DNA of 64,000 nucleotides from Raja brachyura (lineage: Eukaryota), in assembly GCA_963514005.1 (NCBI GenBank), contig OY740804.1:4836001-4900000 (forward strand). Reading direction: 5' to 3'. Below are positions 13,209-24,150 of this stretch, one piece after another. The notes under the pieces are model-generated. The model was not told where the DNA came from. It worked only from the letters and a program-made list of their open reading frames with translations, and made no database searches. How positions within the stretch are numbered: position 1 is the first letter of the stretch; each line of letters starts with the position of its first letter. The translations under genes were made by a program, and so were the position numbers.

Positions 13209-13943
13209 GTAAGAATGTAGAGCTGTATGAAACCATTCTGTATTATTTCTCTCCTCAAATCCTGAACAGGATACATCTCTTCCTTACACGTGTTGAACTG
13301 TAGAGTCTGATTTACAGAACCAGACAGAGTGCTGGAGTAGCTCAGCCGGTCAGGCAGCATTTCTGGAGAACATGGATCGGTGACATTTCAGGTCGGGACC
13401 TGTGAGTCTGAAGCAGGGTCCTGACCGATTCATATTCTCCAGAGATGCTGCCTGACCCGCTGAGTTAATCCAGCACTTTGTGTCCTTTTCTTTAACAAAT
13501 TACAACAAAACACTGCCCTTTGATTCGGTTTCTCTCTCCACGTTTGCTGCCTGACCTGTTGAGCATTTCCTGCAGTTAGTTTATTTAGAGATTCACCGCG
13601 GAAACAGGCCCTTCGGCCCACCGAGCCCGTGCAGACCAGCGATTCCTGCACATTAACACGGCCCTACACACACTGGGGACAATTTTATATTTATACCAAA
13701 CCAATTAACATACAAACCTGTACGTCTTTGGAGTGTGGGAGGAAACTGAAGATCTTGGAGAAAACCCACGCGGCTCACCGGGAGAACGTACAAACTCCGT
13801 ACAGACAGCGCCCGTAGTCGGGATTGAACCTGGGTCTCTGGCGCTGTGAGGCAGCAACTCTACCGCTGCGCCACCCTTATTCTCAGATTTCCACAGTATT
13901 TTGCTTTTGTCCTTAAACATCTAACTGACTTTTTTTGTTTCAG

Positions 13944-14123
13944 TCTGAAGGAGAAACTGAAGATACGGTTGCATATTCCACCGTGACCATTCAGTCGTCA
14001 GCTCAGACCGCAGCAAGCCCTGCAATTTATTCCAATCTTAAGGATCTAAAAGAGCAAAATGAAGACGTCAAGATCCATTCGTCAGAATCGGTGGAATATT
14101 CTGCTCTGGTGTTCCGATCTTAG
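13944..14123 (+). CDS. Receptor gene 1, exon 7: ITIM-bearing tail to stop
   Basis: CTAAC branch-like site and tttcag| acceptor, phase 0; VAYSTV and VEYSAL (canonical ITIMs), AIYSNL (ITIM-like); TAG at 14121-14123. Confidence 0.88.
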   Translation, partial: SEGETEDTVAYSTVTIQSSAQTAASPAIYSNLKDLKEQNEDVKIHSSESVEYSALVFRS

Positions 14124-15829
14124 TGTAATTGCTCCAGCTTCCATAAACATCCCAAGTTAACGCCATTCTCATAAACATTTCCATTTGCAACATGGAAACG
14201 GGCCCTTTGACCCATCGAGTCCACGTCAGCCACCGATCACCCCGTTCACATTTCAACATAGTTCTTAAGAAATTACTTACCAGCAAAAAGAAGTATGTCC
14301 AAGATCTAGAGATCACTGAAGTTTGCCTGGATTGTAATCTTTGCTTGGCTTTCTAGTTTTAGATATAGTGTGGAAACAGGTCCTTCAGCCCACCAGATCC
14401 ACACCGAGCATGGATCATCTTTGGACACTTGTTCTATGCCACACACTCGGGATACTTTTTACGCATAAACCAAACCCGCACGTCTTTGGAGTGTGGGACG
14501 GAAACGGGAGCACCCGGTGAAAACCCACATGAAAACAATTGCCTCACGCTTAACTCACTTCCTGCTTTAAACCTCAGGCATAACTTTGACAAACAAGAGG
14601 ATTTACTAAAACAGAAAGTGTTTTTTTAATATAATACAGCATACAGCGATATAACACGTGGCTCTAAAATGCTGGCGAAAAGAAGATACAAAGAAAATAA
14701 TGACAACTGCTGTGTGTGACATAGGGCGAACATGCAAACTCCGTTCAGGCAGTACCCACAGTCAGAACCGAACCCGGTTGATTGAATGGCGGCGTAGACT
14801 TGATGGGCCGAATGATCTCATTTTGCTCTGAGAACTTATGAACTATTCTGCTAGAGGGGAAAATGAGGAAGGAAGCAACGTTTTTTCCCACTGTACACGT
14901 GAGCATAAACCGAGACATCTACTCTACGCTTGACTCATGCACACTATTGCAGTACTCCTGGTCTACAGGAAAGGCTTAGAAATAATCCTTCCTCGTTTTT
15001 CTCTCTTGCAAGAATGACAGCCATGCACACGCTTGGTGATCCCTATTTGTCACGTGGTCTGACACCATAATATAATATCAGGAGCAGCAGGAAGGAATCA
15101 AAGTTCATGCAAATTTACCCCAGGTTGGGAACCCTTGCCTTGAACCCATGCCCGCTGGTTCTTGATTCCTCCACTCTGAGCAAAAGAATCCGTATATTCA
15201 TCCCATCTATTCACCTCATGATTTTAAACACCTCTACAGAACCACCCCTTAACCTCCTGTGTGTTTAATTGTCATATGTACCAGCAAAGCAACAAATAAA
15301 TTGTTCGAGAACTCTTAGAAAAAAGACTATTGCGGTTAATGCGCTAATTTTTTTTTCCAACTTTCCTTTTTACCAGACCTTGATCGAAAGTTAATCAACC
15401 TCCTTTCATCCATCATTTCCAATTAACCATCTGAGTTCTCTGCTCTTCTGCTGTTAATGTTCACTCTGATTCTGCAGAATAGGTGCAGGTGTCAGAGGTT
15501 ATGGAGAGAAGGCAGGAGAATGGGGTTAGGAAGGAGAGATAGATCAGCCATGATTGAAAGGGCCGAATGGCCTAATCCTACTCCTTGCACTTATGACCTT
15601 ATGAATGAATATTTTTTTTTAATTGACGTATCATTTGGTTTTGAATTTGGGGAACTCATGATGTTCCTGAAAAATGTTCTTTAATTTGATTTGAAGAAAG
15701 TGGTTGATGGACCACAGGGTCACCAAGTTCCCCATCAAGTCACACATCCTGACTTGAATGATAAATGAGTGGTGGAGTCCGATACAATTACAGGAAGCAC
15801 CGCGGGTTTTTTTGGGGGGTCTTTTGGTT

Positions 15830-18302
15830 TTTTAAATTTGTTTATTTTATTTTTATTAGAAGCAATTGAACAGAGATAAAACATTCGGCATCCAAAATTA
15901 TACAATTATTGTACAGTTTCATTTTTAACCTTATAACCTAAATTATGAAAATGAAAAAAGAAAAGAAAGAGAAAACAAGAAAGAAAAGAAGTTGAAAGTG
16001 GAAATGTAGATTGAAGACGAACAAAAGAAAATCCCCCAAACTACCAAAGCAGTGTAGCAGAAAGATATAGAAATTAAACAAAGATAAGAAAAGTGGAGAT
16101 ATACCTTGCCCCTCGTTAAGGAAGATCTTGTTCAATTTATACTTTGAATAATAGAGTCTATGCAGTATTTTAAATTGTATTCAGGAGTGCCTAACATTAA
16201 GAGAACAGTAATGTATATATAAAAGACTTTCTTCCCAACTATCCTTAGAAATTGTTAAACCCAATTCGTCTTCCCATGCTCGCCTAAGTATTTCCGACGA
16301 TGGGATATGCACATTTAAAAAGGTATTGTAGAATTAGGATATTAACTTATCTGTATCCGCCTTTCTGTTAATGTATTCGTCTAATATATTTGGGCATATA
16401 GAGTGACAATCTTGCGTGTATATTTTCACATAGTCTCGTATTTGAAGATATCTGATGATATGACTACCTTTCAAATGATATTTCACCTGTAATTTTTGAA
16501 ACGAAAGGAAGGTCCCCTTCTCATAAAGATCTCCCAGCTTTTTAATTCATAGGCTTTCCCATTGTGCAAACGCCTTGTCTAAAGTAGACAGTTTAAACGA
16601 GGGATTATTGGCGATTGGTAAGAAGAGAGAGAAATTTCTCAATTTAAGGGTTGATATCAACTGTTTCCAAATTCGTAAGGTACTATGGATTATTGGATTT
16701 TTCTCATACATTGATTTCTTCAGATGCATTGGAGAGAGAAGAATCGCGCCTATATTGAAAGGCAAACAATCTTCCCTCTCTATTTTTAACCAGTTTACTT
16801 GTTGGCATGTATCGTCCATCCAGTAAATTACATTTTTAATAATAGAGAAGAAAATTAGGGAAAGCCAGTCCACCGATTTCTTTAGGTTTGCATAAATGTC
16901 GTTTATGAATTCTATGAGTTTTATAATCCCAGATAAAGTTTGTAATCACAGAATCAAGTTTTAAAAAAAAGTTTTTAGGAAGGTAAATCAGTATTGATTG
17001 AAATAGGTACAGTTGTGGAAGGAAAATCATCTTTATGGCATTTACTCTACCTATAAGAGAAATCGGAAGTGTTTTCCAAAATTGAATAAGGGCATTTAAT
17101 TTGGTGATTAATGGTGGAAAATTTGTTTGAAATAAAGAGAAGTATTTTCTAGTCATGTAGACTCCAAAGTATTTAAATTTTTCAGTAGCAATTCTAAAGG
17201 GAAATTTTAGGAGATGTGAAGAGTCTTGAGGTTTTATTGGCATAATTTCTCTTTTGTTCCAGTTTATTCTATACCCTGAGAAGGAGCCAAATTGTTCTAT
17301 GAGGTTTAGTATATTTGGGATACTGACTTGGGAGTTGGTAATATATAAAAGTACATCGTCTGCATATAACAAAATCTTATTATTAATATATTTAGTATTA
17401 TGACCATGAATGCTCGGATGTACTCTTATACTTTCAGCTAAGGGTTCTATAGCAAGGGCAAATAACATTGGTGATAAAGCACATCCTTGTCTATTGCCCC
17501 TGGATAATTGAAATTTAGGTGACAGAGTTTGATTAGTCAATATTCTGGCAGTCAGATTGTTATATAACAACTTTATCCATGAAATACATTTTTTGGAATA
17601 CTGTGAAGATATATTCCCAAGCAACTTGGTCAAATGCTTTTTCTGCGTCAAACAAAATAATTGATAAGTCTTCGTTTATCGTTCTGTGTGAGTACATTAT
17701 ATTAAACAAGTGTCTCATTGAATGAATGTCTCTTAGGTACAAACCCAGTTTGATCAGAGTGTATTAATTTACTGATGTACTTACTTAGTCTTCTTGCCAG
17801 GGTTTTAGTTAATATTTTCTGGTCTGTATTTAAAAGAGCTATTGCCCATATGATCCTGGGTCTTCAAGATCTTTGTCTTTTTTTGGTATCAATGTAATAG
17901 TTGATGAATGATTGTGGTAATGACTGTGCTTTATATGCGTGTATGTAAAGGGCTTGTAAACGAGGGGAAATTAATTCAATAAATTTTTTATAAAATTCAT
18001 TACTGAAACCATCTGGGCCTGGCGTTTTGCCATTATTCAGTGATTTAATAGTCTCTTCAATATCTTTTACTGTAATCTGCGCTCCTAATTCTTCGCGTTC
18101 CACCGCATTGAGTGACGGAAGGTTGCAATTGTCAAGGAAGTTTTTAATCTGTATAGTTTCTACTGAAGTTTTAGATGAGTATATATTTTGATAGAATTGT
18201 AAAAATCTTTCATTGATATCTTTAGAGCGTGTAAGCAGCTCACCTTTTTCTGATCTAATTTTTTGGATGGTGTGATCTTTTTCCATTTTTGATTTAATCC
18301 AC
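15830..18302 (-). mobile_element. L1 LINE, 5'-truncated, decayed ORF2
   Basis: GKTPGPDGF, DAEKAFD, RQGCALSP, LYADD, GGLAFPN in broken frames; A-rich tail near 15830; homologous to the L1 at 28-34 kb. Confidence 0.92.
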
Positions 18303-19215
18303 AAATATTAACCAAAAAAATATATATACGTACCGGCAGTATTTTTCCTGCAGACTGGGCGTTAAATTCACCGCAAACCGCAAAGTTCCAAACGATCGCT
18401 TTCCACAAAAACCCACTCGCATGTTGATTTAAATGGCCATTAATTTACAAGGATTAAACACTAAATTCCTTCAATTTGGCCTATAAATTCATGACAATGA
18501 GATTTAAAAATCATGTTATATTGTGAATTATTGTGTGAATGTTATTTGGACACTTAGGCTTTTTTTTTAAATGTTAACCTTTTCTTAAGAAATGGATAGA
18601 TGTTTAGATCTAGTAATTAGCTACAATTAGGTAACTAACTAATTATATGCTTTAATTTCAGGTTATCCAATTACGATTGTTTCATATTTGTTTCAGAATA
18701 CTTCAAGCTATAATAACTGAAATTTTCATTCAGTTCTCTTAATGTTTAAGAAAGTTATGGGCTTTTGACTGTCCTTGATCACAGCTCTTGTGTTGAGTCA
18801 ATGAAAAAGCAATAAGGAACAAGATGCTAATGAAAATGGCCAAATTTAACCTGGTGTCAAATGGTGTCAAATTAAACTTCTTTTTATGCTTTATCTGATG
18901 GGATAAATAGCAGACGATTTTTTTAATCTCAAAATTTTGTAACATTGCTACATATTGGTTAACTATAATCGTGCAGAGTTTCACTGTCTCACTCCTTATC
19001 ACATTCTCCACAGCCAACAATGGATCATTGTGGGCTCCACGTTTCCTTGATCATCAATGCTGGCTTTGATTTGTCTTTTCATTTCATACATTTCATTCAT
19101 TTGTTCTACGCACCTTTTCATATCGCTCATTTAACATCGGGAGAAGAATAAAGAACAGAGGAGAGGCAAGACTTTGCCTTCCATTTGTGTGTTGTTGCTC
19201 ACCTCCTGCTCAATT

Positions 19216-20203
19216 TATTGATTTGCAGGTTTTAAGAAAATCGTTCCTTGGACTGGGACTAGCTGATCGCACGGTGGATGTGCTAACTGCGGCGTGGAGA
19301 GGCAGTACGCAGAAACAATATGCTTCATATATTAGGAAATGGGAAGTGTTCCATGCACAGGCCGATATTTCTTATGAGACAGTACAGATTTCTAATGTTC
19401 TGGAGTCCCTCTCGAAATTGTACTTTGATGACAGATTAAGCTACAGTGCCCTCAATAGTGCCAGAAGTGCGCTGTCATCATACCTGCTGCCACTTTCAGA
19501 ACACCAGTCAGTGGGGTCTCACCCTTTGGTGTCTAGATCCATGAGGGGAGTCTTCAATTCAAACCCTCCTAGGCCCAGATATTCTGAAATTTGGGATGTA
19601 GGGGTGGTGTTAAGTTTACTCCGGTCATGGTCTCCGCAAACTTCCCTGTCTCTACTCCGACTCACGTACAAGGTGGCTATGCTGATGGCGTTAGTTTCAG
19701 CACAGAGAGTCCAGTCCTTGCAAAAGCTTCGTTTGGACAGAATGCTCACCTCTGCTGGTAGCTTCACCTTTTTCGTGTATGACGCTATAAAACTGAGTAG
19801 ACCAGGTACTTCGGGATTGAAATTACAGTTCATGGCATATCCTTTGTATCCCAATTTGTGTGTTGTTGCTCACCTCCAGCAGTACATTACCCTCACCAAG
19901 GGGCTTCGGGGGTCTGAGTTAGCATTACTGATTAGCCGCAGGAAACCACATAAGCAGGTCTCAACTCAGACCATTTCCAGGTGGTTAAAGCAAATTTTAA
20001 TAAAGGCTGGGATTGATACTAAAATGTTTAAATCTCATTCCACCAGGTCTGCAGCTACGTCAGCGGCGAGCGTCATGGACGTCCCGCTGGACCAGATTTT
20101 GTCGGCTGCAGGGTGGTCCTCAGCACGCATGTTTCAAAAGTTTTATAATAAACCTTTGGCCAGAACGAGCGTGTTTGCTAACTCAGTTTTAAGTTTGCGC
20201 TAA
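19216..20203 (+). CDS. DIRS tyrosine recombinase, uninterrupted reading frame
   Basis: Catalytic R, HxxR, W and Y present; no obvious ATG start. Confidence 0.8.
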
Positions 20204-20393
20204 TGTCCTCTTGGGTAGAAGGGGAACTGTTGTTTTGTTGTCGTTAACTACACATTAAATTCAATTTGTTCATTATGACATGTCTCTACAGTTTGTCAAC
20301 TCTTCTTGGTCAACCATACGGTGAGTGACGCATGGATTTGTTCCACGGCATGGAGTCAAAGAGCTTTAAAATCTTCATGTAGTCACTCACGTG

Positions 20394-21018
20394 CACATCT
20401 GTGAAGATCTTTCCTGGTCCGAGAACACAGGTGCAATTATTAAGAAAGCTCATCAGCGCCTCTACTTCCTGAGAAGATTACAGAGAGTTGGTCTGTCAAG
20501 GAGGACTCTTTCTAACTTCTACAGGTGCACAGTAGAGAGCTTGCTGACTGGTTGCATCGTGGCTTGGTTCGGCAACTTGAGCGCCCTGGAGTGGAAAAGA
20601 CTACAAAAAGTAGTAAACACTGCCCAGTCCATCATCGGCTCTGACCTTCCTTCCATCGAGGGGATTTATCACAGTCGCTGCCTCAAAAAGGCTGGCAGCA
20701 TCATCAAGGACCCACACCACCCTGGCCACACACTCATCTCCCTGCTACCTTCGGGTAGAAGGTACAGGAGCCTGAAGACTGCAACAACCCGGTTTAGGAA
20801 TAGCTACTTCCCCACAGCCATCAGGCTATTAAACCTGGCTCGGAACTCTGAACATTAATATCCCTCCATCTGTTATTTGCACTTTATTAATTTATTAATT
20901 CATGGGTGTATTTATGTATAGAATTGTAGTCAATGCCTTCCATGTTCTGTTGTGCTATGCAAAGAAAGATTTTCATTGTCCTGTCAGGGACACAATAAAC
21001 TCTTTTGACTTTGACTTG
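20394..21018 (+). mobile_element. Rex1/Babar-type LINE 3' fragment inserted in the ICR of DIRS B
   Basis: KKAHQRLYFLRRL...LLPSGRRYRS...SYFPTAIRLLN; TTGAC tail; flanked by ACGTG at 20389-20393 and 21019-21023. Confidence 0.85.
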
Positions 21019-21335
21019 ACGTGACTCCGAAGTAAAATAGTAAGATTAAACGAAAACTTACCAGTTTGAAGTTTGATCTTTATTTCATTAGGAGTTACGA
21101 TGAAGGATTACTTGCCCTCCGCTCCCAACCCCTCCTCATAAAACCAGCTGGTAGTTCTAGTTTCTTCAATCTTACTATTCTCAGGTCATGTTTCCTGTCT
21201 GTGACTCCACACCGCTGCTTTGAAGGTTGATGCACATGCATGGCTGACGGGTTCTTCACGTAATCCCTCATCGTAACTCCTCATAAAATAAAGATCAAAC
21301 TTCAAACTGGAATGTTCTCATTTAATCTTACTATT

Positions 21336-23485
21336 ATATGGCAACCATAGATCTGAAAGATGCATATTATTCAGTACCAATTCATCACCAATACCGTAGA
21401 TATTTAAAATTTAGTTGGATGAGACAGCTGTGGCAATTTAAAGCTTTGCCCAATGGGTTAACCTCAGCCCTAGGTTATTTACAAAATTGTTGAAACCAGT
21501 ATTAGGGCTACTCCGCGCTCAGAATCACATTGTAATGGCATACTTGGATGATGTTCTGATCATAGGCAAAAGTCAAGAAGCAGCTGAGGAATCGGTTTTA
21601 GTTACCTGTTTGAGAGGTTAGGTTTCCTCATCCATCCAACTAAATCCAAATTAGTACCATCTAGAATGATTGACTATTTGGGGTTCCTCATTGATTCAAC
21701 TAACATGTCAGTGACTTTGCCCACAGCCACAACTCTAGAAATTATGGAGGCCTGTAGCAATCTGGTAGATGAACAACAACCCTCCATCCGATGAGTAGGC
21801 AGTGTTATTGGTAAATTAGTGGTGGTTTTCCCTGGAGTGCAGTTCGGACCTCTGCACTATCAGAATGTGCAACGAGCTAAAGAACAAGCACTGAAAGAAC
21901 ATGCAGGTCATTTCGATAGACCAATGCAGTTGCTAGCCAAAGCTATCGCCGAATTGCAATGGTGGATAACTAATGTCTCACGATGTACTAGAGACATTCT
22001 GACTCAGCAACCTTCAGTTTTTACAAACTGATGTGAGTGCTTCAGGATGGGGAGCCACTGATTCCGAGTCTAGCTGTGGCGGCAGATGGAGTGTGCAAAT
22101 CCTGCATTAATCCTGCAGAGGCATGGGATAAACTACGTAGAATTGCTGGGTGCATTCTATGGCCTAAAAGCATACTGCTCAACACTGCATGATTTACATG
22201 TTCAGCTTCAGATTGACAATACCACAGCTGTTGCATATATCAATCATATGGGTGGAATTAGGTCATAATCATGTGACAATCTGGCTAACCTCAGCTGGAA
22301 CTGGTGCATTACGAGAAACATCTGGGTCTCGGATATCTACCTACCAGGAAAGTGATGAGGTCACGTAAATTCAATGACAACACAGAATGGATGCTGAATC
22401 CAAAAGTTTTCAAAATGATTGTCAGCCAATATGGATTGCCAGACACAGATCTGTTGCATCCAGGTTAAATCACCAGTTACCTACATACATCTCATGGGAA
22501 CCAGATCCAGGGACAGTAGTGGTGGATGCATTCTCGCTACATTGGGGACGTACGTTCTTTTATGCTTTTCCCCCATTCTGCCTCATCAGTCAATGTCTCA
22601 CCAAAATAGAGCACGACTCCGCTTTAGGCCTTTTGGTAGTTCCTGACTGGCCCACACAGCCATCGCTTCCATTAGTCCTGAGACTGATGACACAGCCATT
22701 CATGACTATCCCCAAATGCAACAACTTGTTGGGTCACCCTGTGACAGGCGAGAGTCACCCTTCACATGATCGTATTAATCTGTTGATTTGCATATTCTGA
22801 CCAGACCGTTCCAGGGACTCGGACTATCGAGTAGGACCGTGGATGTGATTACGGCCTGGAGAGATAGTGCTAAAAAACAATATGTATCTCATCTTAATAA
22901 ATGGCAGATGTTCGGTTTACAGTCAAATATGTCATATCATACTGCAGGCATACCGGATATATTGGTGTTCCTTGCTACATTGCATTTTGACGAGCAGTTG
23001 AACTACAGTGCCATTAATAGTGCTGGAAGTGCTTTGTCCTCCTATTTAGAGCAACGGTCAGGACAATACTGTTGAATCTCATCCATTGGTGGCTCGATTC
23101 ATGATAGGTATTTTAACAAAAACCCTCCCAGACCTAGATATACGGAAATCTGGGATGTGAGCATAGTTCTCACACTGCTTCGGCAATGGGCTCCAATTAC
23201 ATCTCTGTCTTTCCAGAAGTTAACACTCAAAGTGGTCATGCTCATGGCGCTAGTGTCAGCGCAACGGGTCCAGACATTGCAAAAGCTACGACTGGACAGC
23301 ATGCATTCTTTTGTAGATAATATTACGTTTTATGTATATGATCTAATTAAACAAAGCAGGCCAGGGACGGCTGGAACCAAAATAAGCTTTAAAGCATACT
23401 CCATAGACCTGAGACTATGTGTAGTTACGCACCTGAGTCAATATATCAAGGTCACCAAGAGTCTCTGAGGGTCTGAAACAGCGAT
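21336..23485 (+). mobile_element. DIRS1-like retrotransposon C, internal fragment (RT, RNase H, methyltransferase-like domain, partial YR), decayed
   Basis: MATIDLKDAYYSVP, YLDD (21541), DNTTAVAYINHMGG, YAFPPF (22561), ALVSAQRVQ. Confidence 0.9.
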
Positions 23486-23539
23486 TTAAGAATTCTCTTG
23501 TGCGGAGTCTTGAAATGTTCCACTGTGTTAAAGTTGCTT

Positions 23540-24150
23540 TATTATAAACTTTTATTTCAGACTCAAGGTCAAGACAAGACACGACATTACATATAATACA
23601 TACCATGTAAAAACATCATAAAATACATATAAAAGCATAGTAAATTACTAATAAGAGCATCATAAATTATAGACAAAAACACAATACATGATTTAAAATC
23701 CAGAATAAAAAGAAAGATCAACGTCCTACAACGAGACAACGTTACCAGTGGCTCCACAATTGGGATTGGTAGCCTGTAGTGCTAAACCTTATGTTTGACA
23801 AGACCATGATAATTACATTTTCAGTCATTTATCCTGCAATGAATTTATACATATTTGTTAGGATAGCTTCTAAAGTGCTGACTCCTGCAGCCACAAACAT
23901 TTCACTGGCACTACACCATCTAGGTTTCCTTAGCAGTGTTCTCATGGCATCATTGTAAACCACCTTTAGTTTCTGTAAACTTGTCTTTCCGTAGTTTGAC
24001 CACAGGTGTGCAGTATAGAGTGGTGTCCAATATGCTCTAAACAGAGGCATCTTTACCACTTCTGTACACGCACCAAACTTACACCAGAGAATATTTGCCT
24101 ATACATACAGCATACATCGTTGCCTATAAATATCCTCATCATAGTCATTC
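23540..24150 (-). mobile_element. Non-LTR retrotransposon 3' fragment, probably RTE-X-like
   Basis: LFRAYWTPLYTAHLW...YNDAMRTLL...SASEMF C-terminal region; clade assignment from memory only. Confidence 0.55.

Larger units (their letters stand above)
19207..21335 (+). mobile_element. DIRS1-like retrotransposon B, 3' part with open YR ORF, ICR and right terminus
   Basis: ORF to 20203 with SAQRVQ, HSTR, AAGW, FQKFY; inverted repeat 21037-21115/21257-21335. Confidence 0.92.

Noticed and set aside
18739-18850. Minus-strand TM-like exon (LNLAIFISILFLIAFSL) with a fitting phase
   Set aside because: Hydrophobic stretch is short and lies in what looks like an AT-rich interspersed repeat
1-23485. Phage integrase or bacterial methyltransferase, suggesting horizontal transfer or contamination
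   Set aside because: The YR and methyltransferase-like domains lie in normal DIRS order with RT, RNase H and ICR
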